The notes under the pieces were generated by a model. The model was not told the origin of the DNA. It was given only the letters and a program-made list of their open reading frames with translations, and did no database searches. From contig NC_087437.1 in the NCBI RefSeq assembly GCF_036321535.1, forward strand, positions 42,348,001-42,412,000: a DNA stretch of 64,000 nt, written 5' to 3'. This DNA comes from Camelus dromedarius. Taxonomy: Eukaryota. The position numbers and the translations under genes are program-made. Shown here one piece after another: positions 13,481-26,473 of this stretch (position 1 is its first letter; every line of letters begins with the position of its first letter).

Positions 13481-13737
13481 CTGAGGAAGAAAAGCAGACA
13501 TATTATTTCATTTTGAATGGCTCCTTTCACAGAAACCATATCTTATAAAGTAGTCTAATGCTTTACTTGGAATCAAAGAGGCACTTAAGGGTTACATTTT
13601 TAACAGGCATGGTATTAAGTAATGTAGTTTAAGAAAATAAGTCCCCATTGCCACCACCACTACCACCCTTCAAGTTGCTGGGTATTTTCTAAGAAAGGTG
13701 TGATGTTTGTGACTCATTGTTTTGAGTGAACACTTTA

Positions 13738-13902
13738 TTTTTTTAATAACAATTTTTATTATCTTCAACATGCCACCAGACCATTCTTGGGCTATATATA
13801 CTTTTTGATACCATTTTCCTTTTTAACGGAGACACTGGGAATTGAACCCAGGACCTGCTGTATGCTAAGCATGTGCTCTACCACTGAGCTATTTCCCTAC
13901 CC
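13738..13902 (-). mobile_element. tRNA-derived SINE (vic-1-like) with ~75-nt extra 3' sequence
   Basis: SINE body at ~13820-13902. 18-bp TSD ttttgagt(g/c)aacacttta at 13720-13737 and 13903-13920. Confidence 0.85.
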
Positions 13903-14574
13903 TTTTGAGTCAACACTTTAAAGGCACATGATCTCTTAGGTCTTTAAAACCCCATCAGCACTTTACTTGTATCTATCCTTTAGCATAATACACAGATCTT
14001 GTTGGGTATTATGGACGGATAATGTGTGAACCTTATTTAGTTTTGTATTCCCTAGCACAAAAGGGCAATGGCTAACTAGGGAGAAAAAACTAGTCTGATT
14101 CTTCCAGAGGAGAGGAGTAGGAAAAGCTAAATGAACAGATGATGGGACTCCACAGTGTTTTAATAGGACCTCAGGGTATCTCCTCAGATGCACCTTTGGT
14201 CCTCATGGTTGGTGAGAGAGTGGGAATTTAAATAGCGCTAGCACTGCACGCTCCATTCTATTTAATGAGCGTGTGCCCAAGAGTGAACTTGAGATGGGAA
14301 TCAGAATGAATCTCCTGCCTCAGCAGACCTCGATTCTCCTAGGCCTCCCCAAAATGCAAATATATTGCCTTATTTTGTAATTCTGGTGTCTAAAATGATA
14401 CATTTTTCATGTAACATTTAAAAGGCAGCTTACTAGGTCACTGTGTTTCATAGGCAACTAAACAATCTTCAAGGTAACTTTAGCTGTATAATTTTTTGTT
14501 TCACACTGGACTTTAGAACCCCATCCCCAAGGAAATTATAACTGCTCTGTAAAAGCAAGAGGAAATGATCAGTT

Positions 14575-14775
14575 AATAGTACTATTAATGTGTGTCAAGA
14601 ACTGTATATATATCATCTCACTAAGTCCTGGCAAGAGACCTGCAATCAGATGGCATGATCATCATTTTTCTGAGGCTCAGAGAGGTTAGTGGACTTGCCA
14701 GCGCCCCACAGCTCTCAAAGGGGAGCTCTATCCCAGTTCTGTCTGCTGTAAAAGCCCATGATGCTCACCCCACGG
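14575..14775 (-). mobile_element. MIR SINE
   Basis: ctgaggctcagagaggttagtggacttgcc..cacagct. Similar MIRs lie at ~18385-18545, 27060-27260, 31670-31860, 34820-34950, 35845-35930 and 36715-36910. Confidence 0.65.
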
Positions 14776-15582
14776 CACCAGGACTTCCTTCTTACAGCAC
14801 TGGACACGTGGATAGCAAACCCACCAGTGCCACGCAGAGAACCAAGTTCTTTAATTACAGCAAAAGAGAAGAAATCAAGGCACACCACAAATGAAAAGGC
14901 AGACACTGTTTGAGAATATGCCAAAAGAAATTTGGAGGTAAGAAGACCAAGATGCTATTCTTAAAGTATTTAATCCATAAAAGGAAGAAAACGTATTTAT
15001 CTTTGAGTTTACGCAGCTGCCAAAAATTTGGGCTGCTATGAAAGCTAGACAGAGTTTTCAAAGAATTTAATCAGGTAAAGTTCAGATTAACTTGTATTAT
15101 AACATTTAAAGTGGCTGAACCATCTGACTTTTTCTTTTATATTAAAAAAAAACCTTTGGGAAACGCTTTTACATTTTTAAAATTTGGGTCAAAGTTTAAG
15201 GAAACAATCTTAGCAACTGGAATTTAAGCAAAAATGTCCTGTTTAGCAAGTCCAACGTGGAAAAGGAGCGGAGGGTACTCACCTCCCACACACATCCCTG
15301 GGGAGTGAGGGAGCCCTCTAAAATGCTGGTCCTCCTCTCACATAAGTGTAGTCATGGCCTTGTAGTCAAGCACTCAGTGATGACACTTCTTTCAATAACC
15401 CCTCTTCCTACTTCAGAAGGATCTCTGAGAGCTTTCCAAGTGCAGTCTTCTGAATAACTTGGTCCCCGAGTGACCAGCCCACCCATCTAGAACTTTGCCA
15501 TGCCTAGTGGACAGTGTGCTGGTCTGCTGAACATTATCACCCGCCTTCCTTCCTCCAACAACACCTCAGGGCAGTCTGTTAC

Positions 15583-15754
15583 CTGTTGGCCCAGGGCAGC
15601 GGCCAAATTCCCACCAGCACTGTCACCAGAAATGCCAATTCTGCCCGGGTCAACTGAATATTTGTGTAAGACTTCCGGCTGCAGGAAATACTTTGTGGCA
15701 CGTACAACATCATGAATCTGCGCAGGAAAATAAACCGTTGGAACCAGCCTGTAT
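15583..15754 (-). CDS. NCEH1: NCEH1 exon 4 ([57 protein letters not shown]), catalytic Ser in GDSAG
   Basis: tcttcacag|ATACAGG ... CAACAG|gtaaca. Length 172 nt. Contains the nucleophile elbow GDSAG. Confidence 0.97.
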
Positions 15755-17397
15755 CTGTGAAGACAGAAAATTGTATTCATTTAAGGACTCCACCAACTCT
15801 TCACAGACCATTGAAAGTTTAAAGGAAAACTGGTTCTTTTGAAGCCAGAAATAAACAGATAAGAAATAAAATAATAAATGTAAAAATAAGCACTTCATTT
15901 TCTTGCAACTCAAGTACTTAGTTTAAAAATGTAATGACTTGGTAATGGTAATTTTTACTATCAGCCATCAAACCAAACAAAAAAGTAAAATCAAACACCT
16001 GCAACCACCACCAATGCATAAGCTTTGAAGTAAAAGGCAGATGTTGATTATTAAAATATAGATAGAATCACAATAGATTCTGGAGTTTTATTTCTGGGAG
16101 TCAGTGTTCCATGCACAACACCTCTGGGTTAGAAGGTGACTCAGCAGCAAATGACCACTTCATCGGTCCCAAGTTTAATGAGTCCGTATGGCATTCTGCA
16201 TGATTTACTTGATAAATATAGTAAAACTGTACTCCACTGAAGAGGTCATGCCAGCCTGACAGTAAACTCAAGCAATGCATTTGCTCCCTGGAAGGCTGGA
16301 GCGGAAAGGTCAGTTGTCAACCAGCAAAAGGGAAGCCAAGTCCCCAGATGGCCCAGGGCAGGCCCTCTGGGGCTTCTCCTACCGCCCCACTTTGCAGGAT
16401 CAGAGTCCCTTTGGGATCCTACTCTGTACACTTAGTAGGATTCATATTCTCTTAAGAGCCCCCAAAACCCTGGTTTTGTCAAATGCCCCACCTATAATAT
16501 CATCTTACAGATCCACATTGGTAGTCTCAGCTTAGAGAGCCCTCTCAGTCTCTACCCTCCCTCCTTGCTATTATTACTTCTCACTCACCCTTCAACCATT
16601 CCTTGAGGGCTTGCTCCTTCAGGCAGCCTTTCCTTGACTATCACTCTGCTTGCCTCTGGGGCTGAGCTGGCTACCATCCCTTGATACTTCTATGTACTGG
16701 GGTATACTGTGGTTCATATTGCCTCATATTAACATGATTTCTTTATGCATTTCCTCTAAAGAGTGTGTTCTCTGATATCAAGGACTGTGTTTCCAGTGTG
16801 TATCTATAAGTGTGCTGGGCACATAATCATCCATCTAGTAAAGCTTTTCTGAGTTATTAACATACCTTCATTTTGCAAAGGAGGAAACTGAGGCATAGAA
16901 AAGTTACCTGATTTATAAAATAAATCAAATACATATCAAAACAAGATAGGAAAGAAACTAATTACTTAATTAAAATCTAGTAACAGTCAGCTAATACCCT
17001 TTGGATTTCCAATTTGTAATTAGAAACTAGTTTTTTCCATACTACTCTATATAGGGCTATTTATTTCCCCTATCTAAATTCTAGGTAATTAAATATCTAG
17101 ACATTCATGCAGACGCATCGACAAACATTTGTGAAATACTTTGATAAGTAGTGAATGTGGATCTGGTCATTCAGGAATTACTACATTTTAAAACACTAAA
17201 TGCAATAAGAAATTCCCTTAGTGGTTGCCTTGTAACAGATAACATAAGTTTTCTGATTCCTTTTTTTAAGCTTTGACATCTGTGATAATCAATTAATCAT
17301 CAGAAATATTTTCTTCTCCAGTTGATTTTCACTATGTCTTAAAGCTGCTGGTACATCGTTCCATTTAATGGGTGAATGGAGTAGGAGTACATGATTT

Positions 17398-17416
17398 TGT
17401 CCACTAGGTGGAGTCA
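17398..17416 (+). promoter_or_regulatory. Candidate CTCF site TGTCCACTAGGTGGAGTCA in intron 3
   Basis: CCACTAGGTGG core with a degenerate 3' end. Confidence 0.4.
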
Positions 17417-18945
17417 TCTCATATGATTCTATTTACCCTCAGTTCTGGGATGAGGTCTGTTTTTAAATTTCAGTATTACCAAGCTAAATTCTTAATTCTT
17501 TAGAACAAATGCACTTCATGGCTCAAGGTGTGAAAACAAAGGCTGTTTTGTCTCAGAAGGATTCCAGATAGCATAACAGACGGCTTTCCTGCCGCAGGAG
17601 GTCAGAACAGTTTACTAGAATACACATGTGAATTAAATTTTCAGATGTTGTTTCACAAAAGGTCTTAATGACTTCAAATCAAGAGAAACTGGTAATCTAA
17701 AAAACATGCTACTGCCTCAATTGTATGAGTCAATTAATAACTGGCTCAGATAACAGAGTAAACATATTTAAAAACAAGTATGTTACGATGCAAGAGTCTT
17801 CCTGGCACCCTTAAAGATCTGTCTCCTAGCTCCCCTTCCCCTTATCCTTCTTCATTCTGGAAACATTCTCTAGTTTTATTCAATAAGAAGGGACATTATT
17901 TTCATGGACTGGAGAATGTAGCGAAACCAGATATTTCCAAGGTCACCTAGTTTAAGAAGAGCCTTCCACGTAACTTGAAACTGACCTGAGAAGTATAACC
18001 AAAGTTATGCAATATCTTTACAGATACAGAAAACTGAGGGTCAGGAGCAAATTTATGAGTGTCATAGCCAATAAAGCATGCATAAATACATTTATCTGCT
18101 GCTTTTGTTCAAAGCTGCGTCCCCTGCAAAGTACTGAAAGAGGATTCTGCCTTAAAAAAAAAAAAAATGTAGATCTTGAGTTAAAGCACCTGATGAATTT
18201 GTGGCAAATACAGCCTCAAATTGCCCAGCTCACTGCAGGATAGATGACTCTGCAATGTTGTTTTCTGCCTACCAATTACTGCACATGCCTCCTACTAAAG
18301 GAACAAAATTCAGTGTACACTCAGGAATGAGGTTTAATCAATTTAATAAATATGTATACTCTATAAAAATTATCTTTTTCTTGCTAGGTGAGGCAACTTG
18401 CCAGGTGCTCTACAGATGTTTCACTCAAATCTCAGAGCAAAGCTGTGGGTTTAAGGATGAGAACATGAGGCTCGAGTCTACAACAGCTGGTAAGTGGCAA
18501 GGCTGGGATCTGAATTCACAACTGACTTCATAATCCACGTGCCTGCCCCCTTTTAAAATATTCTCATTCTTCAAAACCCAGAGCCTTTAAATGTGTGCGT
18601 GTTCTCATTACCTCACCAAAGCAGTAAATTCTCAAAACTGTAGATGTCTGACATCCCAGAACTTCTCTCATGACTTCTATGTTTTTGCAATATTCTCAAA
18701 ACAAACCACTGAGCACAGTTCTTGGCACATGGTATATCTTTAATAAGATATTTTTCTTCATTACCAACAAAATTTTAAGGATTTACTTTATACTTTTTAC
18801 TCATAAAATACATGACATGTAGCACTATTATGGTGGGAAAACTAATAAACCATATGCCTTTCAAAACATTAAAAAAAGAAATTGTTCCTAACTCATCTAC
18901 TCTTTGGGCACATCTCCAAGGACTGCTTGTATTCTCTGTGTAGCT

Positions 18946-19132
18946 CAGAGCTTCTCAACTCTGTGTGCAGCTTAGGATAATCTTGGGAGCTTTACAAAAA
19001 ACACTGAGGTTTGACTCCCTCCACAAAACATTCCAATTTATATGATCCAAGGTGGGGCCCAGCACAGCTATCTTTGAAGAAAAGTTCCCCCGAGTAATTC
19101 TCATGTGCAGCCATGGCTCAGAAATATCACTG
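18946..19132. mobile_element. MER5-like MITE
   Basis: cagagcttctcaactctg..ttgggagcttt..ggtggggcccagca..taattctcatgtgcagcca. Confidence 0.65.
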
Positions 19133-20368
19133 CATCCAGCCATACTGTCACTCTTCCTTTAACACTTCTCCCCATTCCCATTGCCAGTGCATCCGGCCTT
19201 CTCTCCATCCCTCATGCCCTTCCCCCAGCAACTCCTCATCAAATGTTCCCATCCTTTTAAGTCTCATCTCAAATGCCAGCTCTTCTATGAAAACGTCTAA
19301 GAACCCAGCCAAAAGTAACTCTCCTTTCTTGGAGCCCTCAAAGTCTTTCTTACAATCAGTCATAACAGACATGTCAGCTTCCTCTGAGAGTAGATGGGAA
19401 GTCAGAATCACACACTGAAGAGTTCAGTGTGTACCCACCTGACATAAGCAGTGCCACTGCCATGTCTGTTACTTTATCGCCCACTTATCACTGACCAGGG
19501 AGATGGCGCAGTGCTCAGAAAGACTGACAAGTTTCTCCTTAAGTCAAAGGCAATACACAAGCCCAGAGTTGAAGGGAAATGTGCGTTGCTTCAAGACTAT
19601 GGAAATTGAAGCCCTGAATGACACTAATGTTCTAAGAGCACTGTAAAATGCATTCTCCCTCAAAATAACCTAACCTGAAAACGCTGTGACAGTCCTCTGC
19701 AGTGGGCAAGGACACTGAGTTCTCTTCATGTAGTGCCAATTAGGTGAAAGGTACATGTGATATTCTGGAATGAAATTATACTCCTATTTGATTGAGGAGA
19801 GACAAAACCGCATTCTGTTTTTGCCCTCCTCCCCCTCCCTTTCTCATTATCTCCCAAGAAGAGCTAGGTAGATTCATTCTTGAGAACACAAAAAGGTTAA
19901 TATTCTCCTCAGTCATAAAGAACCCATATATTCAGTAGGAGTTATCTGAAACAAATCAACAATTACATTCATATTGTGCTGTTTGAGGGAGACAACGCCA
20001 GAGGAAGAATTTATTTCTCTAACAGGTAGAAGCTTCCTTTCCATTAAAAGAACATAAAATAAAATTGCACAGAAGTGGAAGGATTGTGAATGCATAATTG
20101 TTTCTCTTTCAGTTTGCACAATGAGGTTTGTGGATAAAGGCTGAAGAAGGGTCTGCCTTTCTGTTTCTACTCTCAAAATTGGCCCTCGAGATTTACCAGT
20201 CATTCAGCAAGGAAGAGCAGAGCTTAGCAAAGACTTAGCTTATTGGATAATAAGTACAGTCAAAAGAACTGACAGACATCAGGATGCATCACCAAAATCC
20301 TAGCAGAGACTGAGCCTAGAAGTGAGGTCCATTTAAACGAGGTGATTCTCTGACTCTGTTTACACCTT

Positions 20369-20494
20369 AATGAAAAAGAATATGAAAATGAATATATGTG
20401 TACATATACATGAATGGGACATTATGCTGTACATCAGAAATTGACACACTGTAACTGACTATACTTTAGTTGATTAAAAAAAAAAAAAAAAAAA
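20369..20494 (+). mobile_element. Short L1 3'-end with poly(A)
   Basis: gaaaaagaatat...tgctgtacatcagaaattgacacactgtaactgactatact + A18, similar to the L1 tails at 45470 and 48400. Confidence 0.75.
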
Positions 20495-21625
20495 GACCGC
20501 CTGAGATGTCTCCACGTACACAGCAGGCAGCTCCTCAGGCCTCCGTCCATTCAAATGCAAACCTAGCCTTTCACCTCAAGGGGGAACACAGAGCCAGGGC
20601 ATTCCCTCAGGTGGCTGCAGAAGCTGAATCCCTCTGACCTCCTTTCTCTGTGTGACTCAGAAGCCAAACATAGCTCCATAGGGCTCAGGTGTGGGTGGAA
20701 CTAGGCTGACCATCCTCACTGTGGTTTGCAGCACAGGCTTTCTGCCGAGCTCCAATTCCACCCCCACCCTTGCTTCCACCCCCGAAATTCTAGAAGACCT
20801 AAACCACAAGAGAGAAACCAGTAGATTTTTTATGTTAGTAGAAAACAGAGCCAAGGAGACATTAGCTTAGTCTAAAAAGGAGGAATTCATTGGTTAATGA
20901 TCATGAAGGAACTGAAACAACCTACTTCTTACAAGAAGCCACAATATTATCTTTTTGTAGCATTAAATTATTTGTGATGCTGGCCTTTAGAGTCACTAAT
21001 AAGGTGACCTGGACTGAGTAAAAGGAAAGTTTTGGACAAATCTTCCCTTTCTTGGAGGGGAACCCTTAGGAATTGGTCTGCCCACCTTCTAGGGTTGCTC
21101 AGGTGGGGTTGATGCGTGAGGATTTCTCCACCCAGTACTTGGAGGAAGAGTAGAGAAGGAGCAGAGGGAAAGTCACAGGTAGGTCACCCTCGCTCCGTGT
21201 TTTTCAGGGTATCTTGTTTGAACAACTATTTATCGACGTGTTTGAACACTTTGCTTCCTAGAAGCTCTGTGATTTTGTCAGCTTGCTCTCCTCTTAATTT
21301 TATGGATGAACAAGACAGAGGCATAAAAGCCCCACCGCTTATATCTCTGTTGGCAGCAGACTAGGATACGTGATTCAACTCCTCTTCTGTCTACGTGAGC
21401 AATGTTCTTTAGAGCTCTGTGCGTAATGCCACCTGTTTGACATTTGGTGGAAGGAACAGGTCTCCATCTACACAAAACGGAGAGTTTACAAGTGTAGTAA
21501 AGGCTTAATTAAAAGCAAAACACAACTTGAAATCATTTTTCACAACCAAAAAAAGCAATGTAAATGCCTTGTAGAATTTAATAACATCCAACATGCCTAC
21601 TTTATTATCATGCATTTTATCTTCT

Positions 21626-21791
21626 TGTAATTGAAATATAAATATAACATTATATTAGTTTCAGGTGCAGAACATAGTGATTCAACATGTATATACATTA
21701 TGAAACGACTGCCACAATAAGTCTAGTTACCACCTGTCACTATACACAGTTAATACAATACTATTGACTATATTCACCATGCTGTACATTA
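21626..21791 (-). mobile_element. Short L1 3'-end insertion
   Basis: L1 3'UTR-like sequence between perfect 14-bp TSDs gcattttatcttct (21612-21625 and 21792-21805). Confidence 0.85.
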
Positions 21792-23162
21792 GCATTTTAT
21801 CTTCTAAAAAGATAAATTAGATCTTCCTTTTCCCTATTGTCTTATGGTTTCAGTATTGTGTTTTATTATATAAACTACAGGTAAAAAGGTATCACGTTAT
21901 AGCTAAACTGCACTGAACTTTATGAAAATAAGCTTATGAATATATACTTCCCATATTATGTAAATGAGGATATATACAAGTATCCTGGATAAGATGATTG
22001 CTTTCATTTATTTAACAAATACTTATTGTGCAATTAATATGTAAAAACAGCAAAGTGTGTAGAAGCTACTGAAGTTATAACCTATTTTTATAGCTTGAGA
22101 TCTTTGTCTACCTTGGTCGCTGGGTCTCTCCCCAGAGCCTCGAGCCAACACCAGTGACATGAACTCAACTCCTCGTGTTCCTTTATGTGAAGTGATTCCA
22201 TCAACAGGGCTCCCCCGACCCTGGCCTACCAGCTTTCTCAGATTATATATAACCTTCTGCAAGGCCACATGAAGCAAAGCCGTGACATCACTACCCACTT
22301 CTGTTAGCCTGGAGGATAAGGAGCCGCTGTCCCCAGACAGCCTCCCTGCTAGAAGGAATTCCAGGAGAATCAAGGGTCCATCATCCTCCTGAAGGTTCTC
22401 AGGATCATCCATCCTTATTTCTTGTCTTCCTTAGTCATCACCAGAAGTGTTAAGACTCTCCCTCTGTCTCCTCTCACATTTCATTTCCTTAATGCTCTCC
22501 ACCTTCTCCCTTCCTCCCAAGCCCTCTCATTACGCCACTTTGCACTTCCACGACCAACTCACTCTGTCTAACTAGGTTCTGCTCATCCTCAGGAATTTGA
22601 GTCAAACCTCAATTTTGACCCTTCAAACTAGGTAAAATCTTACCTGTTAGATGCCCCCATCACTACCTCGCTGTCTTCTTCACATCACTTATCATACTTA
22701 ACATTACTTGTTCAAGATTTGCTTTCTCACCTAGATTGTAAAGTCCATGAAGGCAGAAATTATGTCTATCTTACTCAAACTGTTGTGCCACCAGAGTTTA
22801 ACACAGTAGCTGGCACATAACAGGAATATAATAGGTATTTATGAAATAAAAGAAAGAAGAAAGAAGTGAGTCATGAGAAAAAATATGGTCCTACATTAGA
22901 CCTTTGAGCATACTTTCCAAGGGAAACATCATGATCACATGATACTGGCTATTCTTCAAGTAGAGGATAAGTTATATGGCTCTTTGTGGGGTGGCTAGCC
23001 TGGGTGGGTCCTAGTCACCTCAGCTCATTGTTTCTGCAGAGTGAGCTGTGAGTTCCAAACATACATTGATAAATAGATGTATAAGTTTTCTATTCTATGG
23101 GATAGAGCACTAACCCTCCAGACATGTCTAGTGCTTTAGAGTATCTGAAGCCCCTTAATCTC

Positions 23163-23215
23163 CTTTTTTTTCTATTGAAGTATAGTTAGTTTACAATGTT
23201 GTATTAATTTCTTGG
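23163..23215 (-). mobile_element. Very short L1 3'-end fragment
   Basis: ttttttt..attgaagtatagttagtttacaatgttgtattaatttct is the reverse complement of an L1 tail like the one at 45470-45514. Confidence 0.7.
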
Positions 23216-23873
23216 TGATTTATTGTAAAAGGATACAACTCAGGAACAGCCAGATGGAAGAGATGCATAAGGCAAGGTATGTGGAAGGGGCACAGAACTT
23301 CCATGCCCTCTCCAGGTGTGCCACCCTCCCCAAATTTACATGTGTTCACCAAAGGAAAGCTCTCTGATCCCTGTCCTTGGGGTTTTTATGGAGGCTTTAT
23401 TACGTAATCACAATTAAGGGGCGAGGCTCAGTGGTAGAGTGTGTACATAGCATGCACGAGGCCCTGGGTTCAATCCCTAGTACTTTCAGTAAATAAATAA
23501 ATAAATAAACCTAATTACCTCCCCCCTTTAAAAAACAAACAAACATAATCATAATTGATTAAAATTATTGGCCATTGGTGACTGATTCAACCACCAGCCC
23601 CTCTCCCCTCCCTGGAGGTCAGGGGGTGGGAAAGTTCCAACACTCTAACCACATGGTTGGTTCTCCTGGTAACCAGCCCCCATGCTTAGGTGCTTCCAAA
23701 AGTCACCTCACTCATATAACAAAAGGCACTTTAACACTCTGAAAACTTAGGAAATTTCAAGGATTTGGGAAGCTGTGATCCAGGAACTTTGGACAAAGAT
23801 CAAATATATATGAAAAATATATTTTGGTCATCTGAATGACTAAATATATATTTCTTACAAACCACAATATCAC
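23216..23873. mobile_element. MER21-family LTR (partial), interrupted by a SINE
   Basis: ggatacaactcaggaacagccagatggaagagatgcat...ttggccattggtgactga...gttccaacactctaaccacatggttgg...cacaatatcaca resembles MER21. Confidence 0.7.
23418..23545 (+). mobile_element. tRNA-derived SINE (vic-1-like, long tail variant) nested in an LTR
   Basis: ggctcagtggtagag...gggttcaatccctagtact + (taaa)n cctaattacctcccccc + A-rich tail. TSD taatca(c/t)aatt at 23405-23415 and 23546-23556. Confidence 0.85.
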
Positions 23874-24711
23874 AAATGTCCACTATTTGCCAGGGACATT
23901 TCTAACACTAAGGACCAGCAATGAACAAAACAGACAAAAATCCCTAAAATCTCTGCCTTCATGGAACTTACATTGTCTATTTCTACCCAGTACGATATAA
24001 TAAGTTAAATATATGGTTTGTCAGATGTTGATAATTTTGGGGGAAAAACAGCAGGAAAAAAGTGGACTGCAGTTTTAAATAGGGGTGTCAAGGAAGGCCT
24101 TGCTGAAAGAATGCCATCTGAGCAAAGATAGGAAGGAAAAGAGACAATGCACACGATGGCACCTGCACAGTGCCTGCCACAGGGCAGGTACCACGACTTT
24201 CGTATTACTGCCATCACTGCAATTGTCATAATCATTATTCACATTCTTCTTAGAATACTAACACTAATAGTGGTAATAGTAGCTGCATCAACTAAGGTTT
24301 ACTGAACACGTTACTATTTACAAGGTCAAAGTTACAGAACCTGATTTCAGGAGAACAACTTTTCCAACGCTTGGTTATAGGAAAGATTCTCTTAAAATGC
24401 TGATTGGTTTTTAGGTCTAAAAAGGCAGTAATCAAACCATATAATGTAGATAACTGGTTGTATGTTTCTCTCAATTTTAGTTAATTCCTTTTCTATAAGT
24501 TTGCAAGACTGAAATAAAAAGAATTTGAGGCATTATAAAGCTAGTTCAAAAAATTCTAAATTGTATCGGAAATCACTTTCTGTGAACTTGGGAACATTCA
24601 TCACTTCACCTTTCTGGACTTTTATTTTACACTCTATCAATTATAAACTAAAGTAACTAAACAGTAATCTAGGATCCCTTAAATTTTTCTCTGTGACTAT
24701 TAGTTACTTAC

Positions 24712-24781
24712 TCAATGGAGACAATGACAGCATTCAATTCCTCAGCCATTGCTGTACACAGTTCATCATAATACCTGATTT
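24712..24781 (-). CDS. NCEH1: NCEH1 exon 3 ([24 protein letters not shown])
   Basis: Not in the ORF track; read by eye. ctcttttag|AAATCAGGTAT ... TCCATTGA|gtaagt. Length 70 nt, and phases fit exons 2 and 4. Confidence 0.96.
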
Positions 24782-25697
24782 CTAAAAGAGACAAAGGAGC
24801 AATCACTCACTATAAAGCAGTTCATTTAATACTGTCCGTTCTTAAACTCTGCTAATTGTGGATTGTTTTTAGACTTGGATTTAAGTTATTAATAATAAAA
24901 AGCAAATATGAACATACATTTCATTAACAGAGTTACATGTACAAAAGCAAAAACATAAATCTGGCTTCTGATAAAACGCAATTATTATAATAGAACAGGA
25001 AATCCATTTTAGATTAGCTTGGAATGTGTTTTCAACTAACTAAACATTTATTTCATAATGGACTATATGAAATGCATCAAATTAATTCTGATTTTGTGGT
25101 TCTTCAAATGTATGCCTTTCCAAAGATCATAGCAAATAAGCAGATTCCTCCTTAGAACCAAAAATTTCTTCTCTTTTAACACGCTTATTTGCTGTAATTC
25201 AGAAAAGTTACCAATTTGAAGAATACGGTATTCTGTTGATTAAAACCAACACATAACAAACTAGAAGTTTAGGAAGCCTTAGCATTTCTTAGAAAGAGAA
25301 TCAAAAGATTTGAAGTGACAAAAGCAATTTTATATGTAAAAATTTAATCACTTAGCTGTTCTTTCAATAAATTAAGAGCTGCACTATGTCAACAGAAAGC
25401 CAAATATTATCTTATTTATAGGCTTTCCAAGGAAGCCTTAGACCCAGAAGCACAATAACTATATAACCACCTGCATACATCCCCCAGCTTGAGCTCTCCC
25501 TCTGGCAGAAGTGATCAGTCAAAATTATGTGAAAAAGTCCAGGTTGACTTATAATCCATACCATTCCTGGCACTTATACTTCCTGGCCTCCGATGTAACA
25601 TCTCACCTGGCAAGTGCCCAATGCTACAGATGCAATGTTTTCTAGGGAAGAGACTCTGTCTTACTCTTTTTTGTATCCCTATCACCTGGCTCACATT

Positions 25698-25792
25698 AGG
25701 GTGACCAAAGGTCCAGGTATGCACAAACTGTTTGAGGTTTTCTACTGAAAGTCCCGCACCCCAAGAAACCCCTCAGTCCTGGGCAAACCTAC
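25698..25792. mobile_element. MER81-like (hAT-Blackjack) MITE inside an L2 tail
   Basis: tagggtgacca..ctgaaagtcccgcaccccaagaaacccctcagtcctgggcaaacc. Confidence 0.7.
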
Positions 25793-26473
25793 ATATTCAG
25801 CAAACATCTGTTGGAAATGTGAACAAATCAATGAATAAAAGAATAAATGATGCCTATGGAGTTAAATGAAATGAGATTACTAGAAAAAGTTATACTTTTG
25901 GCCTTTGCTGCATTAAAAAAAAAGTTATTTAAAAAAAAAGACAAATCAGAACAAGTTGTCGTTGCCTGAAACTTAAAGGATGACAAAAGCTCTGGGTTGA
26001 AGATGAGAAAGCAACTCCATAATAATTATGAGCAGAGATAAGGCCCTTACTTTCTCCTTAGTATGTTTTTGACTGGGCTGCTCCATGTGGCTGCCTGACA
26101 TTTTTAATGTGTTCTGCTCATGAAAGTTATCCAATGCTGAAGAGAATATTCTTGAACTTTGCAGGATCATTTCCTTTTAACAGCAGCATACATTTTATAT
26201 TTTTATCTTTGGTTTAATAAGCAGATGAAATGCTAATGAGTTTATGTGTGTATTCAGAAACACTCATTCTATTTCATAGAAAGATGTCTTCCAAACACAA
26301 GTTGGCATAGGGCTACAGATAATTCCCTTCTATTCTGGCCCAATGAAACTTCACCTTCTTTTGGTGCAGAAAGTAACTTCAGTACTTTATAATACATTAT
26401 TCTATGATTTAGGTCACAGGAAATATTTTCAAAACAGTCTGCCTGAATTAACAAATGGGCAAAAACCTTTATG

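Noticed and set aside
12863..13501. 212-aa ORF as a standalone gene
   Set aside because: It is NCEH1 exon 5. The MSAFLPQ start is the intronic polypyrimidine tract and acceptor.
22023..22412. 129-aa minus-strand ORF in intron 3
   Set aside because: No recognisable domain, and exons 3 and 4 already join in frame. Probably a chance ORF.
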